Part shown: positions 17,565-26,881 of the stretch, in pieces | Layout of the letters: each line of letters opens with the position of its first letter | How positions within the stretch are numbered: the stretch's first letter is position 1 | Virus record (IMG/VR): IMGVR_UViG_2547132488_000023 | Span: 1 to 32,281 of that record | Strand: one strand, 5' to 3' | Length of the DNA stretch: 32,281 nucleotides | Source: a virus | Taxonomy: Duplodnaviria > Heunggongvirae > Uroviricota > Caudoviricetes | Program-made: the position numbers and the translations under genes | Notes under the pieces: model-generated | What the model was told of the DNA's origin: nothing | What the model saw: the letters and a program-made list of their open reading frames with translations, nothing else | The model's database searches: none

Positions 17565-17977
17565 TGATTGTGCTGGTCGTGTTGTTATCGCTGGCGGTGA
17601 CGGGTCTGTTTCTGGCGAAGCATAAAAACGCCAGCCTGCGCACCTCACTGGACAGGGCAAACAACGTAGCCAGCGAGCAGCAGGCGACCATCACCATGCT
17701 GAAAAATCAGTTTCATGTTGCGCTCACAAGGGCAGACAAAAACGAGCTGGCGCAGGTGGCACTGCGTCAGGAACTGGAAAACGCCGCGAAGCGTGAAGCT
17801 GAGCGCGAGAAAACCATCACGAGGTTACTGAATGAAAACGAAGATTTTCGCCGCTGGTACGGTGCTGACCTGCCTGATGCTGTGCGCCGGTTGCACCAGC
17901 GCCCGGCCTGCACCGACGCCAGTGATTGTTGCCAACGCCTGCCCGAAAGTGAGCCTTTGCCCGATGCCGGGCAGTGA
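17552..17977 (+). CDS. lysB: Inner-membrane spanin LysB (Rz-like)
   Basis: 141 aa with N-terminal TM helix then charged coiled-coil region. Confidence 0.7.
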   Translation: MSRLMIVLVVLLSLAVTGLFLAKHKNASLRTSLDRANNVASEQQATITMLKNQFHVALTRADKNELAQVALRQELENAAKREAEREKTITRLLNENEDFRRWYGADLPDAVRRLHQRPACTDASDCCQRLPESEPLPDAGQ

Positions 17978-18122
17978 CCCGCAGACGAACGGCGATTTAA
18001 GTGCTGATATCCGGCAGCTTGAGAACGCGCTGGCACGCTGTGCCAGCCAGGTAAAAATGATTAAACACTGTCAGGACGAAAACGATGCTCAAACCCGACA
18101 GCCTGCGCAGGGCGCTGACTGA
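17832..18122 (+). CDS. lysC: Outer-membrane lipoprotein spanin LysC (Rz1-like), embedded in +1 frame within the end of lysB
   Basis: 96 aa; signal peptide with lipobox LCAGC; proline-rich; overlaps lysB 3' end. Confidence 0.6.
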   Translation: MKTKIFAAGTVLTCLMLCAGCTSARPAPTPVIVANACPKVSLCPMPGSDPQTNGDLSADIRQLENALARCASQVKMIKHCQDENDAQTRQPAQGAD

Positions 18123-18552
18123 TGCCGTCACGGTGCTGAAAACTAACCCCGATATGCTGCGGATATTCGTGGATAACGGGAGTATTGCCTCCACGCTGGC
18201 GGCGTCGTTGTCATTCGAAAAGCGTTACACGCTCAATGTTATTGTGACCGACTTTACCGGTGATTTTGACCTGCTCATCGTGCCGGTGCTGGCGTGGCTG
18301 CGGGAAAATCAGCCCGACATCATGACCACCGACGAAGGCCAGAAAAAGGGCTTCACGTTTTATGCGGACATCAACAATGACAGCAGCTTTGATATCAGCA
18401 TCAGCCTGATGCTGACCGAGCGCACGCTGGTCAGTGAGGTTGACGGCGCGCTGCATGTGAAGAATATCCCGGAACCACCGCCGCCGGAGCCGGTCACCCG
18501 CCCGATGGAGCTTTATATCAATGGTGAACTGGTGAGTAAGTGGGATGAATGA
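18085..18552 (+). CDS. R: Tail completion protein R
   Basis: 155 aa in conserved position. Confidence 0.75.
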   Translation: MLKPDSLRRALTDAVTVLKTNPDMLRIFVDNGSIASTLAASLSFEKRYTLNVIVTDFTGDFDLLIVPVLAWLRENQPDIMTTDEGQKKGFTFYADINNDSSFDISISLMLTERTLVSEVDGALHVKNIPEPPPPEPVTRPMELYINGELVSKWDE

Positions 18553-18997
18553 GTTTAAGCGTTTTGAAGACCGGCTGACCGGACTGATTGAGTCGCTGTC
18601 ACCGTCAGGGCGTCGGCGACTGAGTGCCGAACTGGCGAAACGTCTGCGGCAGAGTCAGCAGCGTCGGGTGATGGCTCAGAAAGCCCCGGACGGCACACCC
18701 TACGCGCCACGCCAGCAGCAGAGCGCCAGAAAAAAGACCGGTCGCGTTAAGCGAAAAATGTTTGCGAAACTTATCACCAGTCGTTTTTTGCATATCCGCG
18801 CCAGCCCTGAACAGGCATCAATGGAGTTTTACGGCGGGAAGTCACCGAAAATAGCCAGTGTGCATCAGTTCGGTCTGTCGGAAGAAACCCGGAAAGACGG
18901 TAAGAAAATTGATTATCCGGCGCGTCCTCTGCTCGGCTTTACCGGTGAGGATGTGCAGATGATTGAAGAGATTATCCTGGCTCACCTCGACCGTTAG
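18545..18997 (+). CDS. S: Tail completion protein S
   Basis: 150 aa in conserved position. Confidence 0.75.
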   Translation: MNEFKRFEDRLTGLIESLSPSGRRRLSAELAKRLRQSQQRRVMAQKAPDGTPYAPRQQQSARKKTGRVKRKMFAKLITSRFLHIRASPEQASMEFYGGKSPKIASVHQFGLSEETRKDGKKIDYPARPLLGFTGEDVQMIEEIILAHLDR

Positions 18998-19063
18998 TTG
19001 TGCCATTCCCGACACCTCATCGTCACATTGCCGTCGGTATGACCCGGCGGCATCCTTCCCGTT

Positions 19064-19699
19064 ATGAACACTCTCGCAAATATCCAGGAACTCGCGCGCG
19101 CACTGCGCAACATGATTCGCACCGGCCTTGTCGTCGAAACCAACCTTAAAGCCGGTCGCTGCCGTGTGCAGACCGGCGGCATGTGCACCGACTGGCTTCA
19201 GTGGCTGACCTGTCGTGCCGGGCGTTCGCGCACATGGTGGGCACCTTCCGTGGGGGAGCAGGTGCTGATTCTGGCCGTGGGCGGTGAACTTGACACGGCG
19301 TTTGTTCTGCCGGGGATTTATTCCGGCGATAACCCCGCGCCGTCTGCGTCGGCGGATGCCCTGCATATCCGTTTCCCTGACGGGGCGGTGATTGAGTATG
19401 AACCCGAAACCAGTTCACTGACGGTAAGCGGAATTAAAACGGCCAGCGTGACGGCTTCTGATTCTGTTACTGCCACGGTGCCGGTGGTCATGGTGAAAGC
19501 GTCAACCCGCATCACCCTGGACACACCGGAGGTGGTCTGCACCAACAAGCTGATCACCGGCACGCTGGAAGTACAGAAGGGCGGGACGATGCGTGGCAAC
19601 ATTGAACACACCGGCGGTGAACTCTCATCAAACGGTAAGGTACTGCATACCCACAAACACCCAGGAGACAGCGGCGGCACAACCGGGAGTCCTCTATGA
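19064..19699 (+). CDS. V: Baseplate spike/central hub protein V
   Basis: 211 aa; first gene after a 66-bp non-coding gap (late promoter PV position). Confidence 0.85.
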   Translation: MNTLANIQELARALRNMIRTGLVVETNLKAGRCRVQTGGMCTDWLQWLTCRAGRSRTWWAPSVGEQVLILAVGGELDTAFVLPGIYSGDNPAPSASADALHIRFPDGAVIEYEPETSSLTVSGIKTASVTASDSVTATVPVVMVKASTRITLDTPEVVCTNKLITGTLEVQKGGTMRGNIEHTGGELSSNGKVLHTHKHPGDSGGTTGSPL

Positions 19700-20043
19700 C
19701 AGCGCGTTATCTCGGAATGAATCGCAGTGATGGCCTGACTGTCACTGACCTTGAGCATATCAGCCAGAGTATCGGCGATATCCTGCGCACACCGGTCGGC
19801 TCACGGGTGATGCGTCGTGATTACGGCTCGTTGCTGGCGTCAATGATTGACCAGCCGCAGACCCCGGCGCTTGAGTTGCAGATTAAGGTCGCCTGTTACA
19901 TGGCGGTACTGAAATGGGAACCCCGCGTCACCCTGTCATCTGTCACCACGGCGCGCAGTTTTGACGGGCGAATGACGGTCACGTTAACCGGCCAGCACAA
20001 CGACACCGGCCAGCCACTTTCGTTAACCATCCCTGTGAGTTGA
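19696..20043 (+). CDS. W: Baseplate wedge protein W (gp25-like)
   Basis: 115 aa; ATGA overlap with V. Confidence 0.85.
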   Translation: MTARYLGMNRSDGLTVTDLEHISQSIGDILRTPVGSRVMRRDYGSLLASMIDQPQTPALELQIKVACYMAVLKWEPRVTLSSVTTARSFDGRMTVTLTGQHNDTGQPLSLTIPVS

Positions 20044-20047
20044 AACC

Positions 20048-20956
20048 ATGCCGATTATCGACCTGAACCAGCTACCCGCACCGGATGTGGTCGAGGAGCT
20101 GGACTTTGAAACCATTCTTGCCGAACGCAAGGCGACACTGATTTCCCTTTACCCGGAAGACCAGCAGGAGGCGGTCGCCCGTACCCTGACGCTGGAATCC
20201 GAGCCTCTCGTCAAACTGCTGGAGGAAAATGCTTATCGCGAGCTTATCTGGCGTCAGCGTGTGAATGAGGCCGCACGGGCGGTGATGCTGGCCTGTGCAG
20301 CCGGTAATGACCTTGATGTGATTGGTGCCAATTACAACACCACGCGCCTGACTATCACCCCGGCAGATGATTCGACCATCCCGCCGACACCGGCAGTGAT
20401 GGAATCTGACACGGATTATCGTCTGCGTATTCAGCAGGCGTTTGAAGGCTTAAGCGTCGCCGGGTCGGTGGGAGCCTATCAGTATCATGGTCGCAGTGCC
20501 GACGGGCGTGTCGCGGATATCTCTGTCACCAGTCCGTCTCCGGCCTGCGTCACCATCTCTGTGCTGTCACGTGAAAATAACGGTGTTGCATCCGAAGACC
20601 TGCTGGCGGTGGTGCGTAACGCCCTTAATGGTGAGGACGTCAGGCCGGTGGCCGACCGCGTGACCGTGCAGTCTGCCGCCATCGTTGAATACCAGATAAA
20701 CGCCACGCTTTACCTTTACCCTGGTCCCGAAAGCGAACCCATCCGCGCTGCCGCCGTGAAAAAACTGGAAGCGTATATCACGGCACAGCACCGGCTGGGG
20801 CGTGACATCCGTCTGTCTGCCATTTATGCCGCTTTGCATGTGGAAGGCGTGCAGCGTGTCGAACTGGCTGCACCACTGGCCGACATCGTGCTCAACAGTA
20901 CGCAGGCGTCTTTCTGTACCGAATACCGCGTCGTGACCGGAGGCTCGGATGAGTGA
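20048..20956 (+). CDS. J: Baseplate protein J
   Basis: 302 aa in conserved position. Confidence 0.85.
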   Translation: MPIIDLNQLPAPDVVEELDFETILAERKATLISLYPEDQQEAVARTLTLESEPLVKLLEENAYRELIWRQRVNEAARAVMLACAAGNDLDVIGANYNTTRLTITPADDSTIPPTPAVMESDTDYRLRIQQAFEGLSVAGSVGAYQYHGRSADGRVADISVTSPSPACVTISVLSRENNGVASEDLLAVVRNALNGEDVRPVADRVTVQSAAIVEYQINATLYLYPGPESEPIRAAAVKKLEAYITAQHRLGRDIRLSAIYAALHVEGVQRVELAAPLADIVLNSTQASFCTEYRVVTGGSDE

Positions 20957-21479
20957 TTCGCGCCTGCTGCCGACCGGCTCATCACCGCTTGAGGTCGCCG
21001 CCGCAAAAGCCTGTGCGGAAATTGAAAAAACGCCGGTCAGTATTCGTGAGCTGTGGAACCCGGACACCTGTCCGGCAAATCTGCTGCCGTGGCTGGCGTG
21101 GGCGTTTTCGGTCGACAGGTGGGATGAAAAGTGGCCGGAAGCGACAAAACGCGCCGTTATCCGCGATGCGTATTTCATCCACTGTCATAAGGGCACTATA
21201 GGTGCAATCCGGCGTGTGGTGGAGCCGCTCGGCTATCTCATCAACGTGACGGAGTGGTGGGAAAACAGTGACCCGCCCGGCACCTTCCGGCTTGATATTG
21301 GTGTACTGGAAAGCGGTATCACAGAGGCAATGTATCAGGAAATGGAACGGCTGATTGCTGATGCCAAACCTGCAAGCCGCCACCTTATTGGTCTGAACAT
21401 TACCCGGGACATTCCCGGCTACCTGTTCGTCGGTGGTGTGGCTTATGACGGCGATGTAATTACGGTTTACCCCGGATAA
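20949..21479 (+). CDS. I: Baseplate protein I
   Basis: 176 aa in conserved position. Confidence 0.8.
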   Translation: MSDSRLLPTGSSPLEVAAAKACAEIEKTPVSIRELWNPDTCPANLLPWLAWAFSVDRWDEKWPEATKRAVIRDAYFIHCHKGTIGAIRRVVEPLGYLINVTEWWENSDPPGTFRLDIGVLESGITEAMYQEMERLIADAKPASRHLIGLNITRDIPGYLFVGGVAYDGDVITVYPG

Positions 21480-21489
21480 GTGAGGAATA

Positions 21490-23676
21490 ATGAGCACAAA
21501 ATTCAGAACCGTTATCACCACTGCCGGTGCAGCAAAGCTGGCAGCGGCAACCGCGCCGGGAGGGCGGAAGGTCAACATTACCACGATGGCCGTCGGGGAT
21601 GGCGGTGGTAAATTGCCTGTCCCGGATGCCGGACAGACCGGGCTTATCCATGAAGTCTGGCGACATGCGCTGAACAAAATCAGCCAGGACAAACGAAACA
21701 GTAATTATATTATCGCAGAGCTGGTTATTCCGCCGGAGGTGGGCGGTTTCTGGATGCGTGAGCTTGGCCTGTACGATGATGCGGGAACATTAATTGCCGT
21801 GGCGAACATGGCCGAAAGTTATAAGCCAGCTCTTGCCGAAGGCTCAGGGCGTTCGCAGACCTGTCGCATGGTCATCATCGTCAGCAGTGTGGCCTCAGTG
21901 GAGCTGACCATTGACACCACAACGGTGATGGCGACGCAGGATTACGTTGATGACAAAATTGCAGAGCATGAACAGTCACGACGTCACCCGGACGCCTCGC
22001 TGACCGCAAAAGGTTTTACTCAGTTAAGCAATGCGACCAACAGCACGTCTGAAACACTGGCCGCAACGCCGAAAGCGGTAAAGACCGCCTATGACCTTGC
22101 TAACGGGAAATACACTGCACAGGACGCCACCACCGCGCGAAAAGGCCTTGTTCAGCTCAGTAGTGCGACTAACAGCACGTCTGAGACGCTCGCCGCAACG
22201 CCAAAAGCAGTAAAGACAGCATATGACCTTGCTAACGGGAAATACACTGCACAGGACGCCACCACAGCGCGAAAAGGGCTTGCTCAGCTCAGTAGCGCCA
22301 CCAACAGCGATTCTGAAACGCTGGCTGCAACACCAAAAGCGGTGAAGTCTGCCTATGACAATGCTGAAAAACGTCTTCAGAAAGATCAGAACGGTGCAGA
22401 TATTCCGGGAAAGGATACTTTCACGAAAAATATCGGTGCCTGTCGTGCTTATAGCGGCGCTTTGAGCACTGAAGCCGGAAACTGGACAACCGCTCAGTTT
22501 ATTGAATGGCTGGATTCCCGTGGTGCATTTAATCATCCGTACTGGATGTGCAAAGGCTCCTGGTCATATGCAAATAACAAAATCATTACGGATACCGGAT
22601 GTGGTGATATCCACCTGGCTGGTTGTGTCGTCGAGGTCATGGGAACAAAATCTGCAATCACTATCCGAGTGACCACGCCGACAACATCAAGCGGTGGCGG
22701 TACAACCAGTGCGCAATTCACTTACATTAATCATGGGGACGGCTACTCCCCCGGCTGGCGTCGTGACTGGAATCGTCAGGGCGACGCAATGACCGGAACG
22801 ATTAATCAGGATGGCGGAAGCCAGAATGCCTATATGTCTACGGCCTTATGTTCAGGCACCAGAGGCGGCAAAAAATATCTCAGAAAGTTTCGTGGTGGAG
22901 AAGGAGACACTATCTGGCATGAAACAGTACAGGGCGGGGTAGTTCGCTGGGCGACTGGTAATACTGATGCTCAGGAAGAATTATCACTCAGCTCCGCTTA
23001 TGGTCTCCGTTCAAGAGGTGAGATTACATCACTCAGTGCTAATGGTCTGCGCATTGCTTATGGCAATTATGGATTCTTTATCAGGAATGATGGCGGCAGC
23101 ACATATTTAATGCTGACGGCCTCTGGCGATAAATTTGGGACATGGAACGGTTTAAGGCCGCTGACTATCAATAACGCTAATGGCGGAGTGTCAATGGGGC
23201 ATGGCCTGAGTGTTACTGGTGATATTGCCTCAAGTACCAAAGTACGTGCCGGTAGCGGGAAAAAATTCACGGTCAGCAGCAGCAATACATCCACGAAGGA
23301 AGCCGCATTCAATTTGTGGGGAAACTCAAGTCGTCCGGTGGTGGCTGAGTTAGGTGATGATGCAGGCTGGCATTTTTACAGTCAGAGAAATACAGATAAC
23401 AGCATCACTTTTGCTGTTAACGGGCAGGTATCACCATCTAACTATGGCAACTTTGATTCACGCTATGTCCGGGATATCCGGCTTGGTGGTGCTGCCACAT
23501 ACAAACCTGCGAACAATGGTATGACATGGACACATCAGGCACCGTCCGGGTGTGTATATTCCGGCATTATTGTTCAGGATACCGGCTCAAACTCTGCCGA
23601 TAACATTGGTGGCGTATATTACAGACCGGTGCAGAAATACATTAACGGGACTTGGTATAACGTGGCGCAGGTATAA
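21490..23676 (+). CDS. H: Tail fiber protein H
   Basis: 728 aa; conserved N-terminal fiber domain, internal 44-aa tandem repeats, divergent C-terminal region; followed by tail fiber assembly gene. Confidence 0.88.
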   Translation: MSTKFRTVITTAGAAKLAAATAPGGRKVNITTMAVGDGGGKLPVPDAGQTGLIHEVWRHALNKISQDKRNSNYIIAELVIPPEVGGFWMRELGLYDDAGTLIAVANMAESYKPALAEGSGRSQTCRMVIIVSSVASVELTIDTTTVMATQDYVDDKIAEHEQSRRHPDASLTAKGFTQLSNATNSTSETLAATPKAVKTAYDLANGKYTAQDATTARKGLVQLSSATNSTSETLAATPKAVKTAYDLANGKYTAQDATTARKGLAQLSSATNSDSETLAATPKAVKSAYDNAEKRLQKDQNGADIPGKDTFTKNIGACRAYSGALSTEAGNWTTAQFIEWLDSRGAFNHPYWMCKGSWSYANNKIITDTGCGDIHLAGCVVEVMGTKSAITIRVTTPTTSSGGGTTSAQFTYINHGDGYSPGWRRDWNRQGDAMTGTINQDGGSQNAYMSTALCSGTRGGKKYLRKFRGGEGDTIWHETVQGGVVRWATGNTDAQEELSLSSAYGLRSRGEITSLSANGLRIAYGNYGFFIRNDGGSTYLMLTASGDKFGTWNGLRPLTINNANGGVSMGHGLSVTGDIASSTKVRAGSGKKFTVSSSNTSTKEAAFNLWGNSSRPVVAELGDDAGWHFYSQRNTDNSITFAVNGQVSPSNYGNFDSRYVRDIRLGGAATYKPANNGMTWTHQAPSGCVYSGIIVQDTGSNSADNIGGVYYRPVQKYINGTWYNVAQV
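22008..22365 (+). repeat. Tandem 132-bp (44-codon) repeats inside tail fiber gene H, about 2.7 copies
   Basis: Repeat units starting at 22008, 22141 and 22273; encoded peptide KG(F/L)xQLS(N/S)ATNS(T/D)SETLAATPKAVK(T/S)AYD(L/N)A. Confidence 0.85.
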
Positions 23677-23679
23677 TTT

Positions 23680-24207
23680 ATGCAGCATTTGATAAATATA
23701 ACGGCAGGTAATCCAAAAACGGTTGAACAATATCAATTGACAAAAGACTTTGATGTTGTCTGGTTTTTTTCAGAAGATGGTAAGAACTGGTACGAAGAAC
23801 AAAAGTATTTTGCTGATGACACGCTAAAAATAGCGTACGACAAAGATAATATCATCCGCTATGTGGAAAAGGATGTGACAGCTATCAGACCGGATGGATT
23901 AAGTGTTGTTGAAGTGGCGGATATTACTGCTAACCGACGGGCGGACATTTCAGGGAACTGGATGTTTAAGGACGGCAAAGTGATTAAACGCATTTATACG
24001 GCAGAGGAATTGCAGCAGCAGGCAGAAAACCGGAAAGCCAGACTTCTTGCAGATGCTGAATCCGTGATTTTGCCGCTGGATCGCGCTGTCAGACTGAACA
24101 TGGCAACAGATGAGGAGCGTAGCCGACTGGATGCATGGGAGCGTTACAGCGTTCTGGTCAGTCGTGTGGATCCTGCAAATCCTGAATGGCCGGAAATGCC
24201 GCAATAA
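23680..24207 (+). CDS. G: Tail fiber assembly chaperone G
   Basis: 175 aa immediately after H. Confidence 0.8.
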   Translation: MQHLINITAGNPKTVEQYQLTKDFDVVWFFSEDGKNWYEEQKYFADDTLKIAYDKDNIIRYVEKDVTAIRPDGLSVVEVADITANRRADISGNWMFKDGKVIKRIYTAEELQQQAENRKARLLADAESVILPLDRAVRLNMATDEERSRLDAWERYSVLVSRVDPANPEWPEMPQ

Positions 24208-24242
24208 GTTGTATGAGCTCTGGTGTGAGCTTACATATCTAT

Positions 24243-24282
24243 GGCACAGAGTAAAGACTAATCTGACAGTCCGCTCTGTGCC
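24243..24282. terminator. Hairpin (GGCACAGAG / CTCTGTGCC, 22-nt loop) in the convergent gap after G
   Basis: 9-bp perfect inverted repeat 24243-24251 / 24274-24282; no clean U-tract, so terminator function is tentative. Confidence 0.3.
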
Positions 24283-24411
24283 AAAAACGGACATGTCAAA
24301 GCGCAGAGTGAATGGCTAAGTCTAGCTCATTAGAAATGTTCGCTTCATGAAAATGGCTGCAGCAAGGATCTATCTCACTGCGGCCTCTTTACAATAACGA
24401 AATTTTGCGAG

Positions 24412-25167
24412 CTATTCCTTGGCCTCTTTATTTTTCTCGCCATCGCCAATGTAAAGAAGATAATCGTTTAAGGATATCCTTCCGGAGGGGCCGGTCCATG
24501 TTATCCATCCGTTCTCACGAAGATTAAATAATGCTTCCATGAACTCATTATCGTTAAAAGAATGATCCTCTGAGAACAGAATGTTCATTTTTCTCAATAG
24601 TTCTTCCACTTTAATCTTTTCATATCGCCTTATCAGACTTAGTGCTTTACGACGCATTAAGATTGTAGGTACTGCTTGTGAACGAATGGTTTTTTGTATT
24701 CCACTATCAAGAACTTTTTTGATCTTACTCTCTAACTCTTTGATTTTAGTTTCATTATCTCCATTGGACTTAAGCTTTTCATCAACGATGCAAATAATTT
24801 CCTGACTAATGCTGTTCTTGAGGTTGTTTATTTTTTCTTCATTGTTGAGAATCTCATCAGAGCTTCCTGCATGGGGTTTTTTCCATATGTGCTGACGCAT
24901 ATCCGTTACCGTATCTCTCATCATAGAGAATGTATCTGAATATAACTTGTCAAATATTTTTTCCAGTCGTTCGACACTTGCCTGGATGTCTTTTGCTGCT
25001 TTAGTTGTCTCTTTAGAAGCCTCATTCGACATTTTATAAAAAACAAAAGAAAGCCAAATAGCCCCAATGGCGAGTACTAATGAGGCTATTGTGGCAATAA
25101 AACCTATTATTGTTATTGCTGTATCTAATGTACCTGCTGCATCTGTGACTACTGTTTCTGCTGCCAT
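24412..25167 (-). CDS. Membrane-anchored protein of unknown function in the Z/fun-equivalent accessory slot
   Basis: 251 aa; GAGG 5-6 nt upstream of ATG; N-terminal TM helix TAITIIGFIATIASLVLAIGAIWLSFVFY; lysine/glutamate-rich helical middle; C-terminal region with aromatic GWITWTGP motif; AT-rich; antisense to late genes. Confidence 0.7.
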   Translation of the reverse strand: MAAETVVTDAAGTLDTAITIIGFIATIASLVLAIGAIWLSFVFYKMSNEASKETTKAAKDIQASVERLEKIFDKLYSDTFSMMRDTVTDMRQHIWKKPHAGSSDEILNNEEKINNLKNSISQEIICIVDEKLKSNGDNETKIKELESKIKKVLDSGIQKTIRSQAVPTILMRRKALSLIRRYEKIKVEELLRKMNILFSEDHSFNDNEFMEALFNLRENGWITWTGPSGRISLNDYLLYIGDGEKNKEAKE

Positions 25168-25600
25168 ATATCCTCAATATTTAACCATACAGGGTAGCGT
25201 GTTTTAACCGCGGGGAAGTCGGGGTGGTGACACCCTAGCCTTACCCCGATTCCAGAGTATTTATTTATCATACCATTGAAACTATTTAATTTTATCGAAA
25301 ATTTTGTCAGAGCGTGACTGAAAAGTCTTCAGCACGTCAAGCATATCGTCGCCGTTCAATTAACACTGAGCCTTTTCTTAGAGGGGTGGGCTGCGCAGTT
25401 GCGAGGTTATGCCCCAGTTCCTGGTTCCTCACTACATTCTAATTAAGCCGGCCAACTAAATGTCCGCTTTTCGCTCAAAGCAGACTGTCAGATTTGATAG
25501 CGTTTGGGCTAGGTAAATTGTCAGTTGAAAAATGAGTGAGTACAAATCAGGACGGGTGGGCGAGTTGCCCGCCTTTTCTTTAATCTGTTGTTTCATCCAC

Positions 25601-25615
25601 TGACCAGTCAGGTCA
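25601..25615 (+). promoter_or_regulatory. Dyad TGACC-N5-GGTCA upstream of FI; candidate Ogr-dependent late promoter (PF) activator site
   Basis: Perfect 5-bp inverted repeat centred about 71 bp upstream of the FI ATG, consistent with an activator site near -55 of a late promoter. Confidence 0.4.
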
Positions 25616-25678
25616 AATAGCGTCTTATGCACTGCCCAACAGAAAATAGTTGCACCCATTAACCTCGGAGTTAAACGG

Positions 25679-26869
25679 ATGAGTGACTATCATCACGGCG
25701 TGCAGGTGCTGGAGATTAACGACGGCACCCGCGTCATTTCCACCGTATCCACTGCCATTGTCGGCATGGTCTGCACGGCCAGCGATGCGGATGCGGAAAC
25801 CTTCCCCCTCAATAAACCGGTGCTGATTACCAATGTGCAGAGCGCAATTGCAAAGGCCGGTAAAAAAGGCACGCTGGCGGCATCGTTGCAGGCTATCGCC
25901 GACCAGTCAAAACCGGTCACCGTTGTCGTGCGTGTGGAAGACGGCACCGGCGACGACGAGGAAACGAAACTCGCGCAGACCGTTTCCAATATCATCGGCA
26001 CCACCGACGAAAACGGCCAGTACACCGGACTGAAAGCCCTGCTGGCGGCGGAGTCGGTAACCGGTGTTAAACCGCGTATTCTCGGCGTGCCGGGACTGGA
26101 CACCAAAGAGGTGGCTGTTGCACTGGCATCAGTCTGTCAGAAGCTGCGCGCTTTCGGGTATATCAGCGCATGGGGCTGTAAAACCATTTCCGAGGTGAAA
26201 GCCTACCGCCAGAATTTCAGCCAGCGTGAGCTGATGGTCATCTGGCCGGATTTCCTCGCATGGGATACGGTCAGCAGCACCACCGCCACCGCGTATGCCA
26301 CCGCCCGTGCGCTGGGGCTGCGTGCTAAAATCGACCAGGAGCAGGGCTGGCATAAAACGCTGTCCAACGTCGGGGTAAACGGTGTTACCGGCATCAGCGC
26401 ATCTGTATTCTGGGATTTGCAGGAGTCCGGCACCGATGCTGACCTGCTGAACGAGGCAGGCGTCACAACGCTGATTCGCCGCGACGGTTTCCGCTTCTGG
26501 GGTAACCGTACCTGCTCTGATGACCCGCTGTTCCTCTTTGAAAACTACACCCGCACCGCGCAGGTGATGGCCGACACGATGGCTGAGGCGCACATGTGGG
26601 CGGTGGACAAGCCCATCACCGCAACGCTGATTCGCGACATCGTTGACGGCATCAATGCCAAATTCCGTGAGCTGAAAACAAACGGCTATATCGTGGATGC
26701 GACCTGCTGGTTCAGCGAAGAATCCAACGATGCGGAAACCCTCAAGGCCGGAAAACTGTATATCGACTACGACTATACACCGGTGCCTCCTCTTGAAAAC
26801 CTGACCCTGCGCCAGCGTATTACCGATAAATACCTGGCAAATCTGGTCACCTCGGTTAACAGCAATTAA
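25679..26869 (+). CDS. FI: Tail sheath protein FI
   Basis: 396 aa, matches P2 FI size; followed by tube gene. Confidence 0.9.
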   Translation: MSDYHHGVQVLEINDGTRVISTVSTAIVGMVCTASDADAETFPLNKPVLITNVQSAIAKAGKKGTLAASLQAIADQSKPVTVVVRVEDGTGDDEETKLAQTVSNIIGTTDENGQYTGLKALLAAESVTGVKPRILGVPGLDTKEVAVALASVCQKLRAFGYISAWGCKTISEVKAYRQNFSQRELMVIWPDFLAWDTVSSTTATAYATARALGLRAKIDQEQGWHKTLSNVGVNGVTGISASVFWDLQESGTDADLLNEAGVTTLIRRDGFRFWGNRTCSDDPLFLFENYTRTAQVMADTMAEAHMWAVDKPITATLIRDIVDGINAKFRELKTNGYIVDATCWFSEESNDAETLKAGKLYIDYDYTPVPPLENLTLRQRITDKYLANLVTSVNSN

Positions 26870-26881
26870 GGAGCCTGACCG

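Noticed and set aside
22008-22365. Possible CRISPR-like or other non-coding repeat array
   Set aside because: The repeats are in-frame tandem coding repeats inside tail fiber gene H with no unique spacers between them; not a CRISPR array.
25456-25659. 67-aa minus-strand ORF in the long intergenic region upstream of FI
   Set aside because: Its apparent Shine-Dalgarno is the reverse complement of the FI ribosome-binding site and is spaced only about 3 nt from the ATG; the product has no recognisable features. Kept only as a note within the intergenic-region finding.
25168-25678. Possible retron or other reverse-transcribed ncRNA in the cargo-flanking non-coding DNA
   Set aside because: No reverse transcriptase gene anywhere in the window, and the inverted repeats are short; insufficient evidence.
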